Source: Nemertoderma westbladi
Lineage: Eukaryota > Animalia > Xenacoelomorpha
NCBI GenBank assembly: GCA_032718475.1
Contig: JAUCBJ010005099.1
Location: 13,937 to 77,936 of the forward strand
Direction: 5' to 3'
Length of the DNA stretch: 64,000 bases
The notes below the pieces were generated by a model. It did no database searches. It was given only the letters and a program-made list of their open reading frames with translations, and was not told where the DNA came from. Position 1 is the first letter of the stretch; each line of letters opens with the position of its first letter. Both the position numbers and the translations under genes were made by a program. Below are positions 21,617 through 34,699 of this stretch, piece after piece.

Positions 21617-24600
21617 TCACGGACGAAAGTGACTCACGGACGAAAGTGACTCACGGACGAAGGTGACTCACGGTCGAAAGTGACTCACGGACGAAGGTGA
21701 CTCACGGTCGAAAGTGACTCACGGACGAAAGTGACTCACGGACGAAGGTGACTCACGGACGAAGGTGACTCACGGACGATGGTGACTCACGGACGAAGGT
21801 GACTCACAGTCGAAGGTGACTCACGGACGAAGGTGACTCACGGACGAAGGTGACTCACAGTCGAAGGTGACTCACGGACGAAGGTGACTCACAGTCGAAG
21901 GTGGCTCACGGACGAAGGTGGCTCACGGACGAAAGTGACTCACGGGCGATGGTGACTCACGGACGAAAGTGACTCACGGACGAAGGTGGCTCACGGACGA
22001 AGGTGACTCACGGGCGAAGGTGACTCACGGACGAAGGTGACTTACGGACGAAGGTGACTCACAGTCGAAGGTGACTCACGGACGAAGGTGACTCACAGTC
22101 GAAGGTGACTCACGGACGAAGGTGACTCACAGTCGAAGGTGGCTCACGGACGAAGGTGGCTCACGGACGAAAGTGACTCACGGGCGATGGTGACTCACGG
22201 ACGAAAGTGACTCACGGACGGAGGTGACTCACGGACGAAGGTGACTCACAGTCGAAGGTGACTCACGGACGAAGGTGACTCACAGTCGAAAGTGACTCAC
22301 GGACGGAGGTGACTCACGGACGAAGGTGACTCACAGTCGAAGGTGGCTCAGGTACGAAAGTGCCTCACAGTCGTAGGTGGCTCACGGACGAAGGTGGCTC
22401 ACGGACGAAAGTGACTCACGGGCGATGGTGACTCACGGACGAAAGTGACTCACGGACGAAGGTGACTCACGGGCGATGCTGAATCACGGACGAAGGTGAC
22501 TCACGGACGAAGGTGACTTACGGACAAAGGTGACTCACAGTCGAAGGTGACTTACGGACGAAGGTGACTCACAGTCGAAGGTGACTCACGGTCGAAGGGG
22601 ACTCACGGTCGAAGGTGACTCACGGACGAAAGCCACTCACTGACGAAGGTGACTCACGACGAAGGTGACTCACAGTCGAAGGTGACTCACGGACGAAGGT
22701 GACTCACGGGCGAAGTTGACTCACGGACGAAGGTGATTCACGGACGAAGGTGACTCACAGTCGAAGGTGACTCACGGACGAAGGTGACTCACAGTCGAAG
22801 GTGACTCACGGACGAAGGTGACTCACGGGCGAAGGTGACTCACGGACGAAGGTGGCTCACGGACGAAAGTGACTCACGGACGAAGGTGACTCACGGTCGA
22901 AGGTGGCTCACGGACGAAGGTGGCTCACGGAAGTGACTCACGGGCGATGGTGGCTCACGGACGAAAGTGACTCACGGGCGATGGTGACTCACGGACGAAA
23001 GTGACTCACGGACGAAGAAGGTGACTCACGGGCGATGGTGAATCACGGACGAAGGTGACTCACGGACGAAGGTGACTTACGGACAAAGGTGACTCACAGT
23101 TGAAGGTGACTCACGGACGAAAGCCACTCACTGACGAAGGTGACTCACGACGAAGGTGACTCACAGTCGAAGGTGACTCACGGACGAAGGTGACTCACGG
23201 GCGAAGGTGACTCACGGACGAAGGTGATTCACGGACGAAGGTGACTCACAGTCGAAGGTGACTCACGGACGAAGGTGACTCACAGTCGAAGGTGACTCAC
23301 GGACGAAGGTGACTCACGGGCGAAGGTGACTCACGGACGAAGGTGGCTCACGGACGAAAGCGACTCACGGACGAAGGTGACTCACGGACGAAGGTGGCTC
23401 ACGGACGAAGGTGACTCACGGACGAAAGTGACTCACGGACGAAGGTGACTCACGGTCGAAGGTGGCTCACGGACGAAGGTGGCTCACGGACGAAAGTGAC
23501 TCACGGGCGATGGTGACTCACGGACGAAAGTGACTCACGGACGGAGGTGACTCACGGACGAAGGTGACTCACAGTCGAAGGTGACTCACGGACGAAGGTG
23601 ACTCACAGTCGAAGGTGACTCACGGACGAAGGTGACTCACAGTCGAAGGTGGCTCACGGACGAAGGTGGCTCACGGACGAGAGTTACTCACGGGCCATGG
23701 TGACTCACGGACGAAAGTGACTCACGGACGAAGGTGGCTCACGGACGAAGGTGACTCACGGGCGAAGGTGACTCACGGGCGAAAGTGACTCACGGGCGAA
23801 AGTGACTCACGGGCGAAAGTGACTCACGGGCGAAGGTGACTCACGGACGAAGGTGACTTACGGACGAAGGTGACTCACGGGCGAAAGTGACTCACGAACG
23901 AAGGTGGCTCACGAACGAGGGTGACTCACGGACGAGGGTGGCTCACGGACGAGGGTGACTCACGGACGAGGGTGGCTCACGAACGAGGGTGACTCACGGA
24001 CGAAGGTGACTCACGGGCGAAGGTGGCTCACGGACGAAGGTGACTCACGGGCGATGGTGACTCACGGACGACGTTGACGCACGGACGAAGGTGACTTACG
24101 GACGAAGGTGACTCACGGGCGAAGGTGACTCACGGACGACGATGACTCACGGACGAAGGTGACTTACGGACGAAGGTGACTCACGGGCGAAAGTGACTCA
24201 CGGACGAAGGTGACTCACGGGCGAAGGTGGCTCACGGACGAAGGTGACTCACAGTCGAAGGTGGCTCACGGACGAAAGTGACTCACGGACGAAGGGGACT
24301 CACGGACGAAGGGGACTCACGGACGAAGGTGACTCACGGGCGAAGGTGACTCACGGACGAAGGTGACTCACGGACGAAGGTGACTCACGGACGAAGGTGA
24401 ATCACGGACGATGGTGACTCACGGACGGAGGTGACTCACGGTCGAAAGTGACTCACGGACGGAGGTGACTCACGGACGAAGATGACTCACGGACGAAGGT
24501 GACTCACTGTCGAAGGTGACTCACGGACGAAGGTGGCTCACGGACGAAAGTGACTCACAGTCGAAGGTGGCTCACGGACGAGGGTGACTCTCGGACGAAG

Positions 24601-27600
24601 GGGACTCACGGGCGATGGTGACTCACGGACGAAAGTGACTCACGGACGAAGGTGGCTCACGGACGAAGGTGACTCACGGGCGAAGGTGACTCACGGACGA
24701 AGGTGACTTACGGACGAAGGTGACTCACAGTCGAAGGTGACTCACGGACGAAGGTGACTCACAGTCGAAGGTGACTCACGGACGAAGGTGACTCACAGTC
24801 GAAGGTGGCTCACGGATGAAGGTGGCTCACGGACGAAAGTGACTCACGGGCGATGGTGACTCACGGACGAAAGTGACTCACGGACGGAGGTGACTCACGG
24901 ACGAAGGTGACTCACAGTCGAAGGTGACTCACGGACGAAGGTGACTCACAGTCGAAAGTGACTCACGGACGGAGGTGACTCACGGACGAAGGTGACTCAC
25001 AGTCGAAGGTGGCTCAGGCACGAAAGTGCCTCACAGTCGTAGGTGGCTCACGGACGAAGGTGGCTCACGGACGAAAGTGACTCACGGGCGATGGTGACTC
25101 ACGGACGAAAGTGACTCACGGACGAAGGTGACTCACGGACGAAGGTGACTCACGGACGAAGGTGACTTACGGACAAAGGTGACTCACAGTCGAAGGTGAC
25201 TTACGGACGAAGGTGACTCACAGTCGAAGGTGACTCACGGTCGAAGGGGACTCACGGTCGAAGGTGACTCACGGACGAAAGCCACTCACTGACGAAGGTG
25301 ACTCACGACGAAGGTGACTCACAGTCGAAGGTGACTCACGGACGAAGGTGACTCACTGGCGAAGGTGACTCACGGACGAAGGTGACTCACGGACGAAGGT
25401 GACTCACAGTCGAAGGTGACTCACGGACGAAGTGACTCACAGTCGAAGGCGACTCACGGACGAAGGTGACTCACGGGCGAAGGTGACTCACGGACGAAGG
25501 TGGCTCACGGACGAAAGTGACTCACGGACGAAGGTGACTCACGGACGAAGGTGACTCACGGACGAAGGTGACTCACGGACGAAAGTGACTCACGGACGAA
25601 GGTGACTCACGGTCGAAGGTGGCTCACGGACGAAGGTGGCTCACGGACGAAAGTGACTCACGGGCGATGGTGACTCACGGACGAAAGTGACTCACGGACG
25701 GAGGTGACTCACGGACGAAGGTGACTCACAGTCGAAGGTGACTCACGGACGAAGGTGACTCACAGTCGAAGGTGACTCACGGACGAAGGTGACTCACAGT
25801 CGAAGGTGGCTCACGGACGAAGGTGGCTCACGGACGAGAGTTACTCACGGGCCATGGTGACTCACGGACGAAAGTGACTCACGGACGAAGGTGGCTCACG
25901 GACGAAGGTGATTCACGGGCGAAGGTGACTCACGGGCGAAAGTGACTCACGGGCGAAAGTGACTCACGGGCGAAAGTGACTCACGGGCGAAGGTGACTCA
26001 CGGACGAAGGTGACTTACGGACGAAGGTGACTCACGGGCGAAAGTGACTCACGAACGAAGGTGGCTCACGAACGATGGTGACTCACGGACGAAGGTGACT
26101 CACGGACGAGGGTTACTCACGGACGAGGGTGGCTCACGAACGAGGGTGACTCACGGACGAAGGGGACTCACGGGCGAAGGTGGCTCACGGACGAAGGTGA
26201 CTCACGGGCGATGGTGACTCACGGACGACGATGACTCACGGACGAAGGTGACTTACGGACGAAGGTGACTCACGGGCGAAGGTGACTCACGGACGACGAT
26301 GACTCACGGACGAAGGTGACTTACGGACGAAGGTGACTCACGGGCGAAAGTGACTCACGGACGAAGGTGACTCACGGGCGAAGGTGGCTCACGGACGAAG
26401 GTGACTCACAGTCGAAGGTGGCTCACGGACGAAAGTGACTCACGGACGAAGGGGACTCACGGACGAAGGGGACTCACGGACGAAGGTGACTCACGGGCGA
26501 AGGTGACTCACGGACGAAGGTGACTCACGGACGAAGGTGACTAACGGACGAAGGTGACTCACGGACGAAGGTGAATCACGGGCGATGGTGACTCACGGAC
26601 GGAGGTGACTCACGGTCGAAAGTGACTCACGGACGGAGGTGACTCACGGACGAAGGTGACTCACGGACGAAGGTGACTCACTGTCGAAGGTGACTCACGG
26701 ACGAAGGTGGCTCACGGACGAAAGTGACTCACAGTCGAAGGTGGCTCACGGACGAAAGTGACTCACGGACGAAGGGGACTCACGGACGAAGGTGACTCAC
26801 GGACGAAGATGACTCACGGACGGAGGTGACTCACGGACGAAGGTGACTCACGGACGAAGGTGACTCACAGTCGAAGGTGACTCACGGACGAAGGTGGCTC
26901 ACGGACGAAAGTGACTCACAGTCGAAGGTGGCTCACGGACGAAAGTGACTCACGGACGAAGGGGACTCACGGGCGAAGCTGACTCACGGACGATGGTGAC
27001 TCACGGACGAAGGGGAATCACGGACGAAGGTGACTCACGGGCGAAGGTGACTTACGGACGAAGGTGACTCACAGTCGGAGCTGACTCACGGACGAAGGTG
27101 ACTCACAGTCGAAGGTGACTCACGGACGAAGGTGGCACACGGACGAAAGTGACTCACAGTCGAAGGTGGCTCACGGACGAAAGTGACTCACGGACGAAGG
27201 GGACTCACGGACGAAGCTGACTCACGGACGAAGGTGACTCACGGACGAAGGTGACTCACAGTCGAAGGTGACTCACGGACGAAGGTGACTCACTGTCGAA
27301 GGTGGCTCACGGACGAAGGTGGCTCACGGACGAAAGTGACTCACGGGCGATGGTGACTCACGGACGAAAGTGACTCACGGGCGAAGGTGACTCACGGACG
27401 AAGGGGACTGACGGACGAAGCTGACTCACGGACGATGGTGACTCACGGACGAAGGTGACTCACGGACGAAGGGGACTCACGGACGAAGGTGAATCACGGG
27501 CGAAGGTGACTCACGGACGAAGGTGACTCACGGACGAAGGTGACTCACAGTCGAAGGTGACTCACGGACGAAGGTGACTCACAGTCGAAGGTGACTCACG

Positions 27601-28108
27601 GACGAAGGTGACTCACGGGCGAAGGTGACTCACGGACGAAGGTGGCTCACGGACGAAAGTGACTCACGGACGAAGGTGACTCACGGACGAAGGTGGCTCA
27701 CGGACGAAGGTGACTCACGGACGAAGGTGACTCACGGGCGAAGGTGACACACGGACGAAGGTGGCTCACGGACGAAAGTGACTCACGGACGAAGGTGACT
27801 CACGTACGAAGGTGGCTCACGGACGAAGGTGACTCACAGTCGAAGGTGGCTCACGGACGAAAGTGACTCACGGACGAAGGGGACTCACGGACGAAGCTGA
27901 CTCACGGACGATGGTGACTCACGGACGAAGGTGACTCACGGACGAAGGTGACTCACGGACGAAGGGGACTCACGGACGAAGGTGGCTCACGGACGAAGTT
28001 GACTCACGGACGAAGGTGGCTCACGGACGAAGGTGGCTCACGGACGAAGGTGGCTCACGGAGATGGTGTCTCACGGGCGAAGGTGGCTCACGGTCGGAGG
28101 TGACTCAT
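21617..28108. repeat. 17-bp satellite (GGTGACTCACGGACGAA)n, about 6.5 kb and about 380 copies, with higher-order duplications
   Basis: Direct tandem periodicity. Rare variant units recur (GTGCCTCACAGTCGTAGG at about 22360 and 25026; GAGTTACTCACGGGCCATGG at about 23681 and 25838). Confidence 0.98.
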
Positions 28109-29699
28109 AGGCAAAGATGATAGATACCGAGGTGTTACTCAGGTGACCTAATTTATTGCAAGAAAACGAGATGTTATCTGCCCTTTTTTATGAGAGATAC
28201 TGTTAGCGATAGGGGAGCATGAAGACCAAACCAGTTTGTGTTTTTGATATCATGTTTTCAGGTAATATTTTTAGTGTGACTGATTTTACAGCAATTGAGC
28301 CTACCGTGTGTACTCGGCCGCAATTTACTACAATATACGTTGGCAATCATTATGTATGTTACCCACCCTCTACCCATGTCTCATATATTATTGATTTTTT
28401 TTTCACATTATTTAACGTTACGATTCTTTCAGATATGGGGGGAACTGGACGCAATAAAAATTAATCCCTCTCCAGGGGAAATTGGACGCAAATGTAACCT
28501 GTTCTATTGTGTTTAGTTTTTTGTTTTGGTGGAACTCACACACTCGACCTGAGAATGAACAATAAAACAAAACTGTTCTAATTGAATTGAGCAAGTAGTA
28601 GATTTGACACGCGGATCTGTGTTTATCGACAGAACCACCTGTTTTAGTAACAACCCACCAAGTTAGCGTGTACAAATACTCCATACTCCCATCAACTCTC
28701 AAGCCAAGCCAGCCTCCCCTTTCAATTAAATCATACCCCCTCTCATTGAACTCCGCTCGGCCATGTTGTTGCTAGGGGTAACAGTGAACTATGAACCAGC
28801 CAGTGAGCATGAGTGGCTTCCAGGGTGTATCGTACCTGGGCCCGTGCACAACGGCAACCCCAAGAAAATCTCACCAACTAGCTTTCCTGCACTGCAACAA
28901 CTCCACTGCATTCAATTGCCAGGAGCTTCCCAACCTGGCCAGGCAACTATCCTGATAATTTACTTGTACCGAGGGAAGTAAAGCCATGCCTGTGCACCGA
29001 TCTATTGCCTGTCGTTCTTAATATAAGCTACAGTATACAGGAAATAGGTTTTATACTTCTTGAGACGACTATTGGCTGTTTATTTTGTATGTTTGTTTGT
29101 CTCACCACCTCTGAACTCAGGGGTTACTACAGTAGGGCGTCTTGGGGATTCCGTGCATTGAAGACAGTACAGAACGCCCGAAATATATACACAAATTTTT
29201 TACAGCACGTTTTCATTCTCACTCTTATATTGTTACTTTAAACAACAGGAACTGGTATTGTAATTCTAATGTCATTGACTTAGTAGATATACATTGATCT
29301 CCATTATACATATTAAAATATTGTCTGCACGGCTACCGATAGCGAGTTTATTTATTTCTTGTACAGTAGTAGGCCTATTGTTGGTATATGAAGCTGGTAT
29401 ATTTGAATCTATATTAGGGAGATAAGTAACTATCACCAAGTACACGACGTGTTATAAACTATATTGGGCTCATATATTCGTAGTCCTACTGTGTTGTTTA
29501 CGAAATAATAATAATAATATTAGTTGGATTTATTCTCGCGTGGATATTATTAAACAGAGCCAACCAGGTTAGCGTTATACATACTGTAGGTTTATTCTAT
29601 TTTTAGTGTCTTACGTTTTGATTTTAATATAAGTTTGTAGAGACTCCACGCCCGTTTGGAGCACCAATGATTTCTTAGGGGGCTTTTTTCGACAGTTTT

Positions 29700-30770
29700 T
29701 TTATTGTATTTTTCGATGTAAAATTGTATGGTGATTCCGAATCTGAAATCAGTTTTCGATAAGTCTTTCGTCCTCGTGTTAGGGCAACATTTGTAATTTG
29801 CACCCAAAATTTATTTTAAAATTTATACATAATTTTGGAGCAGCCAACCCACTTTTGACACCAAAAAACACCATCAAATATCCAAAAAATTTCAAATATT
29901 GTGCTATTTTTAATCATCGCCGAAAATCGCCCTTATAGATATCAAAACCAATAAAGAAAGATCATTTTATTAAAAATTTGAAAAGTATTCACTTTTGGTG
30001 CATGTTTGGTCGGTTGTAATAAGGAGGAAATTTTAATATGATTTTTCATGCGTTGGCTTTTTTTGGGACACTTTATCTATCTACTTTTAAACTACTCAAC
30101 CGATTTTCCTTCTGCTTGCATAACTATGTAGAGGAATAGTCTGCGCAAAAATAATTGAGAAATAATGTTTTTAAAAAAATATGACATTTTTCTATAAGAA
30201 ATCGCCAAATTTTAGATTTTTTTTTACATTACATTACATTACAGATTTTTTTTTTTTTTTTTTACATTTTGGGGAAATTTTGAAACGAAAAATTTTTTTG
30301 CATTATTATTTCAAAATTCGATCAAATCAATTTTTGCGTGGAATATTCCTCCCATAATTCTGCAAACAGAACGAAAATCGATTGAGTATTTAAAAAGTAG
30401 ATTGAGAGAGTGTCCCAAAAAAAGCAACTTTAAATAAATAAATTACATTAAAACTTTATCCTGATTAGGCCTACAACAAACCAAACATTCACCAAAAGTG
30501 GACAATTTTCAAATTCAAAAAAAATTATCTTCTTTTATGGTTTTTATACCTGTAGGGTAATTTTCGGCGCTGATTCTGAAAATATCGCTATATTTCGTAA
30601 TTTTTGGTTGGTTGATTGTCTTTTCGGTGTCCAAAGTGGTGCTGCACCTAAATTATAAATTTTCAAATTTGGGTGAAAATTATAAAAGTTGCCATAACTC
30701 TAGAACGAACCTACTTATCGAAAAACTGATTCCAGATTTGGAATCACCATAAAATTTTAACTCTCCCACC
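29700..30770. mobile_element. Foldback-type MITE with about 500-bp imperfect inverted arms
   Basis: ATGGTGATTCCGAATCTGAAATCAGTTTTCGATAAG (about 29728) versus CTTATCGAAAAACTGATTCCAGATTTGGAATCACCAT (about 30714); TTTTTTTGGGACACT versus AGTGTCCCAAAAAAA. Confidence 0.8.
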
Positions 30771-30784
30771 CCCACTCCCATTAA

Positions 30785-32326
30785 CCCCTTCCGTACGGTG
30801 ACATACCTGGTATGTCACCATGAAGTGTACTGTGACATACCTGGTATGTCATGGTTTGTTTACAGTTCTATGCTCAGTGAAAAGATGCAGTAGCATGAAT
30901 GGTACATTTTAAATTACTCTCAGGGCTCTCCATGGTACTATGCTTTAGTAGTTTGAGTTCTGGTAGTCTGACAGTGCAGCAGTGTGTGGTTTACTGCTGT
31001 ACTTACCGGTAGTACTACCATGAAGGGTACTGTGACATACCTGGTATGTCATGGTTTGTTTACAGTTCTATGCTCAGTGAAAAGATGCAGTAGCATGAAT
31101 GGTACATTTTAAATTACTCTCAGGGCTCTCCATGGTACTATGCTTTAGTAGTTTGAGAGCTGGCAGTCTGACAGTGTGTGGTTTACTGCTGTACTTACCG
31201 CACCCTACCTGCCTACCGGTAGTACTACATAGCTATTGGCTATAGCTCTGGTACAGTGGTAGACTGGTAGTGTGTGTCGTTATGTAGTACCAGTAGGCCT
31301 AGTTATCTGTTTATGGCGGGTGTATACCCAGTACGTCAACGGAATCGGTTGCTACGATTTGGTTATGATGACGGTCACACGAATTCCGATTCCGAATCCT
31401 CGAATTCCAGGGATGATGATACCGATACCGATACCTACTACTAAAAAAATCGTATTCACGGATTTTGTGTATCACTCTGTGGCCTTTCGTACTGGAGTTC
31501 CTGATGAGAACAAACGAGTTACAACAAAGAGGAAGTCGACTCCTGCTACTTCATCCCAGCCACAAACGATATCTCGACCACATATCTGCATATATTAGAA
31601 AAGATAATATCGGCCGAATCCAGCAAACCACAGAAACGCTGCCGTGTGTGTTACAAAGCTGGAATCCGAAAAGCGGTTAGATACGAACGAGTGCACTTCG
31701 TGTTTAGATAAGCCTGGACTATGCCATGGTACTTGTTTCGTAACCTATCATGCGAGTTTGGCCTGAAACTATTAACTATGTACCAGACTATATTTCCGTA
31801 TATAGGCCTATCTTTTTATATATATATGTACATGTATAGGCCTATATAATATATTTACATGATATAAATAATGACATACGACAATGATAATGACAATGTT
31901 ATCAAACATCGTATAAATTTAAAAAAAAAATTTTAAAAATTAAAAAAAATTTTTTATATACAGTACTATTATATACAATTTAAAATAAATATATATACAC
32001 ATATATATATATATTATATATTTATTTATATATATATTTAAAAATATATATTTTATATATTATTATAATATATATATATATACAGTATATAAATATAATG
32101 AAATATGTACCGGTACTAAATATATAATATATATAATAAATATATATATATATCAATATATATATACAAATATATATTATATTCACTATATGTGGCATAT
32201 ATATGCATAAAATAAGTTTGGGTACCCTTTTGTTAGAAAAATATCACCATAAGGATCTCATATAAAAAAATGTTTTTTTCAGTGCCCTAGATGTATGCTT
32301 TTTTTTTATCTTCAGTATGGAAGGGG
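30785..32326 (+). mobile_element. Internally deleted piggyBac transposon
   Basis: TTAA TSD on both sides (30781-30784, 32327-32330), TIR CCCCTTCCGTAC / GTATGGAAGGGG, and subterminal palindrome TGACATACCTGGTATGTCA in three copies. Confidence 0.92.
31313..31766 (+). pseudogene. piggyBac transposase remnant: acidic N-terminus joined to the C-terminal cysteine-rich domain
   Basis: KPQKRCRVCYKAGIRKAVRYE-CTSCLDKPGLCHGTCFVTYH, frameshifted by an ACGA duplication at 31683-31690. The DDD catalytic core is absent. Confidence 0.85.
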
Positions 32327-32514
32327 TTAAGCTACTTTTAATTGAAGAACAGAAAAGAAGAGGATCGGAAATCACAACACGAAATTAGTGAAATTTTATC
32401 ATAAGAGGGTTAATTGTATTTTCTTGGACACCAAATAGTACGGAAGTACTTTGAAAACGTAAAACTTGAAGGTTCACGTTTTTTGCTCCAAAATGTGAAA
32501 TTTATTTCTTGCTG

Positions 32515-33887
32515 TAATAACTATTTACATACTTGTGTGTAAAGTAGCACTTTACAGTGTGATGATCTGAGTGGCTTTGTTACACGAACGAACGTTAGTG
32601 AGTGAGTGAAAATAAAGCCACGAGGATCAGGACACTATAAAGTACTTTGCAACAAGTATGTAGTAGTAGCAAGTAGTTTTATTCCAAAATTTAAACATTA
32701 CGAAATGATTGTACATATACATTATAAGTGATAGAAACTGCACAAATTATATTAGTTGCTGTATAAATAAATGTAAAATGACATAAATTATGTTATAAAT
32801 AAGTTAGCTTATATTTATGGTGGCGTTTGGAGCCATGTTATAATAATATAGCTAGTCCCCACTGGTTATTAATAGCTATCCCCCGCTTACCGGTAGGTAA
32901 TGCAGTAGGCCTATCTGGCTGTCAGGCAAATTTCCACCTATTGTTTAAGTGGTATCCAATGACGGCGTTAAAGTAATGTCCACTAGGGGGACATTACTTA
33001 ACGCCGTCATGGGTTACCACGTAAACAATAACACCAAATGCAATAATAAATGTACAGGCCAATACAATGCTGTAATGTCCTCTAAAGTTGTAAAGTGCTA
33101 AATAACAACTCGCTGTTAATACTAACGACGTTGAGTAATGTTACAATTTTGGAATAAAATTTTGTTAGATTATGTCAACTTAACAGCGTCCTGGTGAATT
33201 ACTCGTAACGCTGCAAAGTACTACTTTGCAGCGTTGCGGCCTATATGACGGAACGCTGCAAAGTAATCAATGACATGGAAACAACTTCAATTACCGTATT
33301 CCAGAATGTATTATTTCCATTTATGTTAATGAGTGCTGCGTTATTATCCAGTTTGCAGTGACGGGACTAGCTACTGTATGTAAATAATTGTTTAACGTGT
33401 ACTGTAATCCATTATGGCGAAACGTCCAATAGAAGACACTAAAATAACCAAAGAAAGTGACGACAGTGTTCAGTAAAACTGAACGGACACAGACGGTGAC
33501 TAAGTTTGCTTCAGTCGACTATAGTCAAGATGTATTAATGATTTATCACATCCAAGCAGGAGATAACTTCCAATAAACATTAATTAGATTTAAACGTTTA
33601 ATTAATACTGCGTACCTGTTAATAAATTTCACTTATATTCGATATAGTACATGATTAAAATGTATAAATCCATAAAATCCTTTCTTCACATACCGAACGC
33701 TGATAAGTTGACATAATGTAACAAAATTACATACATCATTGCTTGCAAAGCTCACGTTTCAGCGTTCATTAAAGACCCTTGTTTATTTATGTAAACCTCC
33801 CTCGCTGCGCTCGCTCGGTACATAAATAAACTCGGGTCATAACGCTGCAAAGTGCTACTTTGCACACAATGATGTAAATCGTTATTA
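32515..33887. mobile_element. Non-autonomous inverted-repeat element, possibly Crypton-associated
   Basis: Ends TAATAACTATTTACATACTTGTGTGTAAAGTAGCACTTTACAG / CTGCAAAGTGCTACTTTGCACACAATGATGTAAATCGTTATTA, with internal palindromes. The superfamily assignment is a guess. Confidence 0.65.
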
Positions 33888-34699
33888 TTGTATTGATTTT
33901 TTGCTGTTGTTTTTAGCAATAATCGGAGGTTTTGTGGGATGATCAATGGAATGATATTAAGTGAAACTATATGAAATTTTCTGGTTCAATAATAATTATG
34001 GGCGACTCTGTTTAAACATTTAGAATTTTCAAAGTTTATTTAATTAAAATTGTTGGTTGTGTTAGTTAACTAAAACAATTAATTAATAAATAATCCCACT
34101 TAATACTTAATTTGAATTTCCCTCCCGGATATATAATCCTCGGACCGGACTACAGTTATGGCGTCTCTTTAGGCTCAAAACACTCCGGGCCGGACTTAGA
34201 AAAAAAAAGGACAACTTTGCCTTGGCGTTATGGTATGGTTTAATAGAAGACTATCGTTAAACAAAATATGAATTTCAGAAATTTAAATCATCTTTTTTTT
34301 ATGGTATATGGGCCCTATGGGGTGCAGGACAAGATGGGACACAAGGTAGATTTGCCATTATGTGATCTGATTATCTACCAAGGATGAATCCATATTCTAC
34401 AAATTGGATCTGCATTCGGATGTGCCGGGAAACACGTTAAGAAAGTTAATTAGAGCGAAAAGTTAATTATTTTAATAATACGCAGAGGAGTCGCTTCAGG
34501 CAAGTCCGTTTCTACTAGTCGTCGTTGTTGGATAGAACAAGTTCGGTTTATATTTTTTTCGATGATTCCAAAAGGTTTCATTGGCAATTGGTTCCAGATC
34601 CAGCTGCCTTCGTGCTTTCTAATTCTTTCCATGGCATTGCACAAACACACCAGTAGAAACCCAAATGATTGTTAATTTGTGTTTCCTTAGAATTATACT

